A DNA stretch of 64,000 bases from the NCBI GenBank assembly GCA_024653355.1, contig JANLFQ010000001.1:640576-704575 (forward strand). The letters run 5' to 3'. The DNA comes from a candidate division WOR-3 bacterium. GTDB lineage: Bacteria; Hydrothermota; Tepidihabitantia; Tepidihabitantales; Tepidihabitantaceae. Position numbers and translations under genes: made by a program. Under the pieces are notes generated by a model. That model did no database searches. It was not told the origin of the DNA and saw only the letters and a program-made list of their open reading frames with translations. Shown here piece by piece: positions 38,399-47,822 of this stretch. Position 1 is the stretch's first letter. Each line of letters starts with the position of its first letter.

Positions 38399-40086
38399 AC
38401 GAAACAAAACTAAAAAAAATCCTCAATCAGCGTTTCGGGATACCCGACCCGGTGATCAACGAACTAAAACAGGAGGCATTACACAGCGGCTTGAAACTGG
38501 AAGAAGTCGCCCTGCGCCGGGGATTAATCCCAAACAAGGCAGCGCTCTACGAATCTTATGCGAACGAATTGAACATCCCCTACATTGACCTTGACCATTA
38601 CACTCCAGACCCTCAGGCAATTGCCGCGCTTCCCGCGGAACTGGCACGCAAGTTTAAAGTTGTCCCCCTGTTGCAACTAAACAGCAACCTGATTGTCGCC
38701 ACGGCAACGCCGGAAGACATCAGCCTGCTTGACGAACTCAATCGCCGCCTGCATCTCGAAATAAACCCGGCGCTATCATCTCCCGAAGCGATTGAAGCCG
38801 CAATTGACCGGTATTATCCCCAGGAAACACCCCGGGCTGAGATCGACACCGCCCTCATTGACCTTGAAGCCGAAGAGGCGCTGAATGTCTGTCGCCCTGA
38901 CCAGGAAACGGTTTCCCTGGAAGAACTGGCAAATCAGGCACCGGTTGTCCGATTTGTCAACACCCTGCTCGAACAATCACTTGTCGAGCGCGCCTCGGAC
39001 ATCCACATCGAGCCCGAAGAAGACGCTTTGATTATCAGGGTCCGCATCGACGGTTTGCTTCAGGAAAGAGGTCGTTTTTCCTTAAACCTCCACCCCCTTG
39101 TTACCTCGCGGATAAAACTCCTTGCCGGTATGGACATCTCCGAGAAACGAAAGCCCCAGGATGGCCAGATGGAGTTCAGAAACAATTCCCGGCGGGTTGA
39201 CATTCGGGTATCATCCTTCCCCACCATTTACGGCGAAAATTTAGTTCTCCGTTTACTTGACAAATCAAGCGGGCCCTTAAAGTTAACCGACATCGGAATG
39301 GATGAAACGCTAATACCCCAGTTCCAAAGATTAATCCATCAACCCCATGGCATCATCCTTGTCACCGGACCAACCGGCTCAGGCAAAAGCACCACCCTCT
39401 ACGCCGTTCTCAACGAATTGAACACCCCGGAAAAAAATATCATAACCCTTGAAGACCCGGTTGAATACCGGTTGCCCGGTATCCGACAGTGTCAAATCAA
39501 TGTCCGGGCTGGAGTAACCTTTGCCTCAGGATTACGCGCCATACTCCGTCAGAACCCGGACATAATTATGGTGGGCGAAATCCGCGACTTTGAAACTGCG
39601 GAAATCGCCTTTCAAGCGGCTCTTACCGGTCACCTCGTTCTCGCCACCCTGCACACCAACGATGCGCCCAGCGGTCTTACCAGAATGATTGATATGAAAG
39701 TTGAACCGTTTCTTATCGCCTCGAGCGTCATCGCCATCCTTGCCCAGCGCCTGGTGCGCAAGGTGTGTGACCGGTGTGCTGAAAGTTACAACCCGGAACC
39801 TGAACTCCTGAAAAGATTAAACATCGCACCGGAAACGACCTTCCGCCGGGGCAAAGGCTGTCCGGCCTGTGGTAACAGAGGTTACCGGGGCCGATTGGGA
39901 ATTTTTGAACTCCTTCCGGTTCAACCGGAAATCCGCGCGCTGATAATGAGAAACCGCTCCAGCGAAGAAATCGCCGCCGTTGCGATTCGCAATGGAATGA
40001 AAACCCTGCGGCAGGACGGTATTGCGAAAGCCCTTGCCGGTTTAACAACACCGGAAGAAGTCCTCAGAGTCACTCAGGACATCTAA
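38395..40086 (+). CDS. GspE/PilB-family secretion ATPase
   Basis: ASDIHIEP, GPTGSGKST, EDPVEY, LRQNPD, GEIRD, TGHLVLATLH, CDRC/CPAC zinc motif. Confidence 0.95.
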   Translation: MNETKLKKILNQRFGIPDPVINELKQEALHSGLKLEEVALRRGLIPNKAALYESYANELNIPYIDLDHYTPDPQAIAALPAELARKFKVVPLLQLNSNLIVATATPEDISLLDELNRRLHLEINPALSSPEAIEAAIDRYYPQETPRAEIDTALIDLEAEEALNVCRPDQETVSLEELANQAPVVRFVNTLLEQSLVERASDIHIEPEEDALIIRVRIDGLLQERGRFSLNLHPLVTSRIKLLAGMDISEKRKPQDGQMEFRNNSRRVDIRVSSFPTIYGENLVLRLLDKSSGPLKLTDIGMDETLIPQFQRLIHQPHGIILVTGPTGSGKSTTLYAVLNELNTPEKNIITLEDPVEYRLPGIRQCQINVRAGVTFASGLRAILRQNPDIIMVGEIRDFETAEIAFQAALTGHLVLATLHTNDAPSGLTRMIDMKVEPFLIASSVIAILAQRLVRKVCDRCAESYNPEPELLKRLNIAPETTFRRGKGCPACGNRGYRGRLGIFELLPVQPEIRALIMRNRSSEEIAAVAIRNGMKTLRQDGIAKALAGLTTPEEVLRVTQDI

Positions 40087-40118
40087 AAAAATGGGGGCAC
40101 GAATTTCTGTGCCCCCAT
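40085..40118 (-). terminator. Intrinsic terminator (U-tail on minus strand, ends hppA)
   Basis: A-run then ATGGGGGCAC-gaatttct-GTGCCCCCAT. Confidence 0.8.
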
Positions 40119-40136
40119 CGTAGATTACCGCGCTAT

Positions 40137-42263
40137 TTACTTAACCCAGGGCAGGTAAGCAGAAAACTTCAACACCAGACCGAGCACGACAATTGAAACC
40201 ATCGACTGCAACTTAAGGAGGATGTTCAATGACGGGCCTGCCGCATCCTTCAATGGGTCACCAACCGTGTCGCCGACAATACCCGCCTTATGCGCATCCG
40301 AACCCTTGCCGCCGTAGTTACCCTTCTCAATAAACTTCTTCGCGTTATCCCACGCACCACCAGTATTTGCCATAAAAACCGCCAGACAGAAACCGCTTGC
40401 CAGCCCGCCAATCAGAAATCCCGCAACACCTTCCGGGCCCAAAAGAAGCCCGGTTACCACCGGCGCAATTATCGCGGTCAAAGCCGGCGCCACCATCTCC
40501 TTCTGTGCCGCCTTCGTGCATATCGTAACCGCCTTAGCGTAATCCGGTTTCGCCTTACCTTCCATCAGTCCGGCAATCTCCCGAAACTGCCGCCGCACCT
40601 CATCAGCAATCTTGGATGCGGTCCTGCCCACCGCCTTCAACACCATTGAAGATACCCCCATCGGAATCACCGCGCCCGCAAAAAGCCCGGCAATAAGACG
40701 CGGATTCAGAAGCGAAAGGTCAAGCGTTTGCGTGTAACCAAGAAACCGCTGACTGACAATTCTTACCTCATCGCGATACGCCGCAATCAATGCCAGTGCG
40801 GTCAATGCCGCTGAGCCAATCGCAAACCCCTTACCCGTGGCTGCGGTCGTGTTGCCGAGCGCATCCAGCGCATCGGTCCTTTGCCTTACAATTGGCTCTT
40901 GATGGGTCATCTCGGCATTGCCACCGGCATTGTCAGCAACCGGACCATAGGCATCAGTTGCCAGTGTAATACCGAGAGTTGAAAGCATACCCACCGCTGA
41001 AATCCCGATGCCGTAAAGCCCGAGCCCGGGATTGCCACCGCCCGCAAGATAGTAACTCAAAATAATCGCCACAACCACAACCAGGACAATGGGCAGCGTT
41101 GACCTCATTCCTACGGAAAGCCCTTCAATCACCACCGTTGCCGCTGAAGTCCTTGCCTCAGCCGCAATCGTCCGGGTTGGCGCATAAGAGTCCGAAGTGA
41201 AAAACTCGGTAAAGAAACCAATCAAAACCCCGGCAACAAGTCCGGAGAGAATCGAAAAGTAAACTGTCCAGTACTGCGGCAGAAGCCATTTTGTGACTAA
41301 AAACCCGACCACGGCGGCAAGAATTGCTGCCCCGTAAATTCCCCGACGCAGTGCGGCAAGAAGCACACTCTGTTCTGCCTTCTCGCCGGCACGCACCAGA
41401 AAACTACCAATGATTGAGGAAACAATCCCAACGCCAGCGAGCACCATCGGCAACAACACCCCGGCGATTTCAAAACCGGTACCGCTGAACGCCACCACGG
41501 AAAGCGCCAACGAAGCGATGATTGAGTCAACATAAGACTCGTACAAATCAGCACCCATCCCGGCGATATCGCCCACATTGTCGCCCACATTATCGGCAAT
41601 CACCGCCGGATTGCGCGGGTCATCTTCTGGAATCCCGGCCTCAACCTTGCCAACAAGGTCCGCGCCAACATCTGCTGCCTTGGTAAAAATACCACCGCCC
41701 ACCCGCGCAAAGAGTGCCTGAGAACTCGCGCCAATCCCGAAAGCGAGCATCGTCGAGGTAATCAACTCTAACTTGTGCGCCAGCGGCTCATGGGCATAGA
41801 CCGCATTCAGAATCAGATACCAGATGGAAATGTCAATTAAACCCAGACCAACAACCACCAAACCCATCACCATCCCGGAAGAAAACGCCACCCGCAAACC
41901 GGAGTTCAAACTTTGCTTTGCCGCCCAGGTCGTACGCGCACTGCAACGCACCCCAATTGACATTCCGATGAATCCGGCAAGCCCGGAAAAGAACCCGCCG
42001 GTCAGAAACGCAAAGGGCACAAACGGCGACTGCAACTTAAAGAGCGCCAGAATACCCAGCAGGACAAACACCACCGCAAAGAAAAGGCTGACACCCTTGT
42101 ACTGCTGCTTCAAATAGGCGGTCGCTCCCTCTTTAACCGCCCGTGCAACCTCTTTCATCGGCTCAGTGCCTTCACTCTTGCGCAGACTGCTTATCGCAAG
42201 ATACAGCGCAAACCCAAGCGCTAACAATGCGCTTGTCGGCGCAATCCAGAATGTTGGTGCCAT
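40137..42263 (-). CDS. hppA: Membrane-integral pyrophosphatase, K+-dependent, Na+(,H+)-translocating
   Basis: DVGADLVGKVE, DNVGDNVGD, DLYESY, GNTTAA, GDTVGDPLKD. Confidence 0.96.
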   Translation of the reverse strand: MAPTFWIAPTSALLALGFALYLAISSLRKSEGTEPMKEVARAVKEGATAYLKQQYKGVSLFFAVVFVLLGILALFKLQSPFVPFAFLTGGFFSGLAGFIGMSIGVRCSARTTWAAKQSLNSGLRVAFSSGMVMGLVVVGLGLIDISIWYLILNAVYAHEPLAHKLELITSTMLAFGIGASSQALFARVGGGIFTKAADVGADLVGKVEAGIPEDDPRNPAVIADNVGDNVGDIAGMGADLYESYVDSIIASLALSVVAFSGTGFEIAGVLLPMVLAGVGIVSSIIGSFLVRAGEKAEQSVLLAALRRGIYGAAILAAVVGFLVTKWLLPQYWTVYFSILSGLVAGVLIGFFTEFFTSDSYAPTRTIAAEARTSAATVVIEGLSVGMRSTLPIVLVVVVAIILSYYLAGGGNPGLGLYGIGISAVGMLSTLGITLATDAYGPVADNAGGNAEMTHQEPIVRQRTDALDALGNTTAATGKGFAIGSAALTALALIAAYRDEVRIVSQRFLGYTQTLDLSLLNPRLIAGLFAGAVIPMGVSSMVLKAVGRTASKIADEVRRQFREIAGLMEGKAKPDYAKAVTICTKAAQKEMVAPALTAIIAPVVTGLLLGPEGVAGFLIGGLASGFCLAVFMANTGGAWDNAKKFIEKGNYGGKGSDAHKAGIVGDTVGDPLKDAAGPSLNILLKLQSMVSIVVLGLVLKFSAYLPWVK

Positions 42264-42329
42264 AAAAATAACACTCCTTTCTTTTAATTTACCATCAGAT
42301 TATTGCTTTTTCCCGCTAAAAAGAGATTC

Positions 42330-42420
42330 AATATAATACAATCCCCTTTAATGTCAAGAAATAGACTGGCTGAGTTGTTACCGCTGTTAAAATTGACAAA
42401 TCGGCCTTAAATGTTAACCT
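42330..42420. promoter_or_regulatory. Divergent sigma70 promoters (hppA and secreted protein)
   Basis: Minus: TTGACA(42357-42352)-N16-TATATT; plus: TTGACA(42393-42398)-N16-TAACCT; both genes have SDs. Confidence 0.65.
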
Positions 42421-42446
42421 GAATCAACAATAAAAAAGGAGGCTTA

Positions 42447-43877
42447 ATGAAAAAAGTACTGCTATTCCTGACTTTACTATTGATTGCAACCCCGGACCTG
42501 ATACCGGCGCACAACATTACGATTGACAGCCACGAAATCCCGCTCGTCATCGACACCTATGGAAGATACCGGCAGAACCAGTCCCTTTTTTACTGGACAC
42601 CATTTGACTCCACCCGGCAGGTTTGGGACCTGACACGCTACCCTGGACAACTGCGTGCCAAACTCGGCTTACGCGACTACACCGAAGGCAGATATCCGGC
42701 ACCGGACACAATGGAAAACGACCCACCAGACCCGGATGTGTGTGAGTTCGACACCCTCGGAAACAACGCCGAATCCGAAGTGTACCTCTACTTAGACGAG
42801 TTCGGGCTCTATGCCGACGGCATTGACTTCTCGCAGGGTGGTTTTCGTTTCCTCGGCAACTATCGGCCCGATGCCGTACTTTACAGCCTGCCGCTGTACT
42901 ACGGTTCCAGCTGGATTTCCGCCTGGTCCTGGCAGTACGAAATCATTCCCGGCATACCCTATCAGGCAACAGAACAGCACCAGAAACGGATTGTTGCCAA
43001 AGGTAAGGTCAAAGTGCCAATGTCCGGTGAGTACTTCTGGCCCTGCCTCGTAATCAAAGATTATATGGTTTACTCCGACAATATGGGCACCAACGACCGG
43101 CGCTGGATTTACGAATGGGTTGTGCCCGGACACTTCTGCGGTGGCAACGGTGTTGCTGCGGCACTGAGCCAGAACGGTGCCGCACCGGACTTCGTCACCG
43201 TTGAAACCTTTATGCAACTGGACACCCTTGTCATCCCGGACTGGGACCTCTATCCCCCGCGCTTCGGCGCCACCACAATCTGGACCGACACATCCTTTAC
43301 CGGTCCATTTACTGTCTCGTCAGTAATTACCGACAACAATGCGGTTGGTGCCGAGTCCCTTTTCTACCGCATCAACCTGAATCCAACCTGGACCGGCGTA
43401 CCTGCCGACTCCCAGCGCGGCAGCACCTACTACTTCACCATTCCCCAGGTCACGGCACCGGCGCGCATCGACTACTACATCTGGGCAATGGACGAATTCT
43501 CTGCTGACAACGACATTGAATTCTGGACCACCTTTCCGTTCTGCTCACCGGAAAGCACAATGATTACCTTCAATGTCAACCTCACCGGTCAGGAAGAGTT
43601 CAAGCCCCTGCTTCCGGGTCAGGCACAACTGACCCTCACACCCAACCCGGCAAAAGATTTCGCCCTGTTCCGGCTTAACCATCCCTTTGCCCGCACCGCC
43701 CGAGTTGAAATCTACCGTGCCGACGGCACATTGATTAAATCGCTCTATCTCCAGCCTGAAGCAAACAAAACCCTTTCCGCTACCTGGTCCACCCGTCAGC
43801 AACCTGCCGGCACCTACTTCTACCGCTGCCTTGCACCGAACTTCACTCAAACCGGCAAATTTACCATCTCAAAATAA
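42447..43877 (+). CDS. Secreted hypothetical protein with T9SS-like CTD
   Basis: Signal peptide; PNPA...EIYRADGTLI...PAGTYFY...GKFTISK. Confidence 0.75.
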   Translation: MKKVLLFLTLLLIATPDLIPAHNITIDSHEIPLVIDTYGRYRQNQSLFYWTPFDSTRQVWDLTRYPGQLRAKLGLRDYTEGRYPAPDTMENDPPDPDVCEFDTLGNNAESEVYLYLDEFGLYADGIDFSQGGFRFLGNYRPDAVLYSLPLYYGSSWISAWSWQYEIIPGIPYQATEQHQKRIVAKGKVKVPMSGEYFWPCLVIKDYMVYSDNMGTNDRRWIYEWVVPGHFCGGNGVAAALSQNGAAPDFVTVETFMQLDTLVIPDWDLYPPRFGATTIWTDTSFTGPFTVSSVITDNNAVGAESLFYRINLNPTWTGVPADSQRGSTYYFTIPQVTAPARIDYYIWAMDEFSADNDIEFWTTFPFCSPESTMITFNVNLTGQEEFKPLLPGQAQLTLTPNPAKDFALFRLNHPFARTARVEIYRADGTLIKSLYLQPEANKTLSATWSTRQQPAGTYFYRCLAPNFTQTGKFTISK

Positions 43878-43886
43878 GAGGAAAAA

Positions 43887-44369
43887 ATGGAGATTAAATC
43901 GGTTCCAATTGAAAAACCGGCAGAAATCAACCTCATCCTTGGCCAATCCCACTTCATTAAAACAGTTGAAGACATCCACGAACTACTTGTTACATCCATC
44001 CCCGGAGCAAAATTCGGCATCGCCTTCTGCGAATCTTCCGGTCCCTGCCTTATCCGTCACTCGGGCACCGACCACGAACTTGAAGCCCTGGCGATAAAAA
44101 ATGCCCTTGCCATCGGCGCTGGCCACTCCTTCGTCATCCTTTTGGGCAACGCCTATCCCATCAACATCCTCAACGGCTTAAAACAGATTCAGGAAGTGTG
44201 CACCATCTACTGTGCCACCGCCAATCCGGTAAAAGTTGTCATTGCCGAAGACGAAACCGGCCGGGGCATTCTCGGCGTGATTGACGGTGAAAAACCCAAA
44301 GGGGTTGAATCCGAAAAAGAGATTGCGGAGCGCAAGAACTTTTTAAGAAAAATCGGCTATAAACAGTAG
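43887..44369 (+). CDS. Adenosine-specific kinase family (DUF355)
   Basis: GQSHFIKT, FGIAFCESSG, IGAGHSF, ATANP, GVIDG, FLRKIGYK. Confidence 0.9.
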   Translation: MEIKSVPIEKPAEINLILGQSHFIKTVEDIHELLVTSIPGAKFGIAFCESSGPCLIRHSGTDHELEALAIKNALAIGAGHSFVILLGNAYPINILNGLKQIQEVCTIYCATANPVKVVIAEDETGRGILGVIDGEKPKGVESEKEIAERKNFLRKIGYKQ

Positions 44370-45126
44370 GCCCGAACTCGGCGCCCGGCTCGCCGGCGAG
44401 TTATCGTAACCGGGTTCTCGGTCACGAATAGGAGTTCTTGTTAAAAGGCAAAAACTGACAAAATCAGGATAGATTATTAAAAATTATTACTACTCAACTT
44501 GGGAAAGCGTATATCGAGACCAAGATAGAAATTCTAAATTTCTTATCCCCAAACACCTTAAAATGTAAATTCGGAAGATATTACAAAACAATAGGTTATC
44601 AATACCATTGCGCAAACCGATTACGATGTGATTATCATGGATTTGTTTCGCAATGAAGCAGTCTACGCCGCTTCGGAAATATAACAAATCCACCTGCTTA
44701 ACCTTTCTCTCCACCACTCATTTTTTGCCTTTTCTATAATTTAACCACCATTAAATTGGTCACTTATTTACATTAAACTTCAGCCCGTTCACCCCACCGA
44801 TGAATGCTCAGTAAGTCAATCAGAAAGCCGTTCTGGGAGTCGCTCCCTGAGTCGTCCCTAAATTCACCTACCGAACGCCCTTCCCTGCCCTATCTGAAGC
44901 AGTTTCAGGTTCTATTCTCGCTGGTATAACCCATTGAAAAACTGGGTTTTGTCTTATAATGGAATCAGTTATCGCTATAATGGCGCCCACTCTGGAACTC
45001 TCCGGTTCTATCACTTTACCGGTATCAGGCACCGTTTGTTGTGCGGTTTACAGGAAAGTTCTGGCAATAATCTTTACTTCAATCGTTGAAAGAGAAATCT
45101 ATTAAAACAACCCCCTGTTTTCCCTC

Positions 45127-45154
45127 TTGACTTTGATTTGTCCTTGTCTATCCT
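45127..45154 (+). promoter_or_regulatory. Sigma70 promoter, leaderless transcript
   Basis: TTGACT-N16-TATCCT-6 nt-GTG(45161). Confidence 0.65.
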
Positions 45155-45160
45155 GAAATG

Positions 45161-47734
45161 GTGATGTTGCGCCGGTTAACAGTTATCATCCTTACTGTTT
45201 TCTCTCTCGGCATCGCAACCCGCATCTGGACACCAGAAGAACTGAAAACCAGTCTCCTGTTTTATCAACCTTCCTCGTGTTATCGCCCGGACACAGTGAT
45301 TTTAGGACCAAGGCGGTTCAACTATCTGCAACGGATAAAACTTTTGTGCGACTTTCTTGTCCGATATCAGGTTAGTGACTCAACATCACCGGACTATGGC
45401 GGCATAATTGAAGCCGAGCATCTGCCCAATATCATTGAAACCGACAACACCCAGGAGGCGCTCTGGGTCTGGACCCGCTGGTACGAACTTACCCTACGGG
45501 ACGACTATCAACAGAACATCAGTCGCGCCTGGCACTACATCCTTAACCATCCCGCTTATCAGGAACACCAGGGAAACCCCGCAAACATCTGGTATGCGGT
45601 CTGGAACTGCGGACTCGGAATGTGGGCTGAGGCGCTTTATCGCCGGGTTTACAACGACTCAACCTACCTTTTTTATGGGGACTCGTGCCGGGACTTTTAT
45701 CTCACCCATCCGCTCAATCCGGCAAACTATCTGGAAAACTTTGTAACCGCCCAGAGCTCGGGAATGGCTTACGACTATGCCCGGGAAAGAAACGACCCGG
45801 TTTTGAAGGACAGCGCGCTCGTCCGGGGAATGAGGGTTAAAAATTGGATTGAAGAAAATGCCCGCAACCGATTGGGTTTTCAGAACTGGGCGATGTGTGG
45901 CGGCACCGCTTTCTGGGGTGTTGCAAAGACCTTCTGTCAGGACGACACTGTCGCGGGTAAGAGGTGGCTTTTGACCTATGCGGAATCGCTGCCCGGATTT
46001 TATCCCACCGGCACCTGGAACTGCTCCCACAACATCTGGCTTGCCAACGCCTATCGGGCTGCAGCAGAGTTGACCAGTAACCCCGCTTATTTTATCTACC
46101 ACCAGTACCTCACCGACACCCTTCTGATGAAGGACACCGACCTTGACGGTGGCATCCCGGCAACCTGGACCGACCCGAACACCCAGGACCAGACCTGGGT
46201 TTCAACCTATCTTGACTTTATGGGAATGGACCGGCTGGTAAGTCCGGTTTATGACAATGACCTCAGTGTGTTGCAGTTTGTTCAGCCGGCAATCGGGCGC
46301 CTTTATCTTATCGGCGACACCGTAGATGTCCGGGTGCCGGTTGCCAATGTGGGCAGAAACAACGCCCCTTTAACAACCCTGACCCTGTTTGTTGATAGTG
46401 TACCAATTGATTCCACTACCGTGCCTTCTTTGCCCTTTCTTGCCACCGATACCTTTGCCTTCTCGCCCCTGCATCTCAACACCTCAGGTCCGCTGGAACT
46501 TCGTGCGGTGTTGCGCCCGGACCAGAATACGAAAAACGACACAACAGCACAGTTGTTAAAGGTTTATAAACATTGCACCATTACCGGCACCTTAATTGAC
46601 TCGCTTAACAGTAGCCCGGTGATGGCGAAAATCAAAGCGCAACTTTTCGGCCGAAGCGCAATCTGGGACTCAACGTCCACCGACTCACTGGGTAACTTTT
46701 CGCTGAGTTTGATTGACTCGGTATTTGTTTTAACCGTTGAACCACCACCCCCTTACCATCACTTTAGCCGCAACATCCGGTTCAACCGCGACACCACTAT
46801 TACCCTCAATGCCCAGCCCGCTGCGGTGCTGATTGTCAACAACGACAGTTTAAGAAATTACACCGCTTTTTACACCACCACCCTTGACACACTCGGTGTT
46901 TCCTACTGTATCTGGCTAAGAGACAGTGCCGGACCCCTGCCGGGTAGTTTACTTGACCGGTTGCAGAACCGCACCGTCATCTGGTTTACCGGCAACACCC
47001 GATATCAGACCGTACCCGCCGAAGACCAGGACACCCTGACCCAATTCGTTTTGCGCGGTGGCAACCTTTTGCTCACCGGTCAGAACATCGCCGAAGAACT
47101 TGCCCGCACCCAATTTCTGGAAACAATCGCGGGCTGCCGGTTTGACTCTTCCGGTTATTCAGGATTTCTGGTGTTTGGCAACCGGGCAGATTCGGTTGGA
47201 AGAGCGGTAATCGGTACCGCGACCGCGGGCGGCAATGGCGCCAACAATCAAACCTCAAGGGACATCATCGCACCAACCGGCAATAGCCGGCTGTTTCTCC
47301 TTTACGACACCACAACCAACCTTGGTGCCGGAGTGCGAAACCAGTTACCCTCGGGCGGTCGGATTATCACCCTTGGATTTGGGTTTGAAGCGGTCAATAA
47401 GCCCGCATCCCGACCCAACTATTTCACCCGGGTGCAACTGATGAACACGATGCTCCAGTGGCTGATTTACGGCACCGGCATAAGCGAAACGAGCCCGATT
47501 GAAACCACCAATAAACCACCCGTTACCATCACCCCGACAGTTTTTCAAAACCATCTGCTCATCGTTTGCGACCAGAGCCTGCCCATCACGATTTTTGACC
47601 TCTCAGGCCGGCAGGTTTTCTCAACCCGTATCCCCGCGGGAAAGACCAGACTGCGACTATCAGGTCTCAAAACCGGGATATACTTCCTGCGTGCCGGTAC
47701 TGATTCACCAAGCCGATTGATAAAGATAAAATAA
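45161..47734 (+). CDS. Secreted multidomain protein: helical barrel-like N-domain, CARDB, Ig-like, alpha/beta domain, T9SS-like CTD
   Basis: Signal peptide; Trp/Tyr-rich helical repeats; DQNTKND; VIWFTG, GGNLLLTGQ, FGFEA; IFDLSGR...GIYFL. Confidence 0.72.
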   Translation: MMLRRLTVIILTVFSLGIATRIWTPEELKTSLLFYQPSSCYRPDTVILGPRRFNYLQRIKLLCDFLVRYQVSDSTSPDYGGIIEAEHLPNIIETDNTQEALWVWTRWYELTLRDDYQQNISRAWHYILNHPAYQEHQGNPANIWYAVWNCGLGMWAEALYRRVYNDSTYLFYGDSCRDFYLTHPLNPANYLENFVTAQSSGMAYDYARERNDPVLKDSALVRGMRVKNWIEENARNRLGFQNWAMCGGTAFWGVAKTFCQDDTVAGKRWLLTYAESLPGFYPTGTWNCSHNIWLANAYRAAAELTSNPAYFIYHQYLTDTLLMKDTDLDGGIPATWTDPNTQDQTWVSTYLDFMGMDRLVSPVYDNDLSVLQFVQPAIGRLYLIGDTVDVRVPVANVGRNNAPLTTLTLFVDSVPIDSTTVPSLPFLATDTFAFSPLHLNTSGPLELRAVLRPDQNTKNDTTAQLLKVYKHCTITGTLIDSLNSSPVMAKIKAQLFGRSAIWDSTSTDSLGNFSLSLIDSVFVLTVEPPPPYHHFSRNIRFNRDTTITLNAQPAAVLIVNNDSLRNYTAFYTTTLDTLGVSYCIWLRDSAGPLPGSLLDRLQNRTVIWFTGNTRYQTVPAEDQDTLTQFVLRGGNLLLTGQNIAEELARTQFLETIAGCRFDSSGYSGFLVFGNRADSVGRAVIGTATAGGNGANNQTSRDIIAPTGNSRLFLLYDTTTNLGAGVRNQLPSGGRIITLGFGFEAVNKPASRPNYFTRVQLMNTMLQWLIYGTGISETSPIETTNKPPVTITPTVFQNHLLIVCDQSLPITIFDLSGRQVFSTRIPAGKTRLRLSGLKTGIYFLRAGTDSPSRLIKIK

Positions 47735-47789
47735 AGTCCGCATCTTTTTGCTAATCCATCGGGTCTAATATAGAGAAGAAGAGTATAAG

Positions 47790-47818
47790 TTGACTTTAAG
47801 GCAAAAATAAAATAAACT
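47790..47818 (+). promoter_or_regulatory. Sigma70 promoter of clpC-bamA (very short leader)
   Basis: TTGACT-N17-TAAACT; ATGs 4 and 10 nt downstream; no SD. Confidence 0.6.
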
Positions 47819-47822
47819 TTTA

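Noticed and set aside
44374..44437. Purine riboswitch, hammerhead or HDV-like ribozyme identity for the structured element
   Set aside because: Lacks the conserved core and loop nucleotides of those families as far as I can read them
44540..44610. DnaA-box-like 9-mers (TTATCCCCA, TTATCAATA)
   Set aside because: Too few and degenerate; no oriC-typical gene context
44490..44717. 75-aa minus-strand ORF in the AT-rich spacer
   Set aside because: No motif, SD or convincing promoter; cannot be supported
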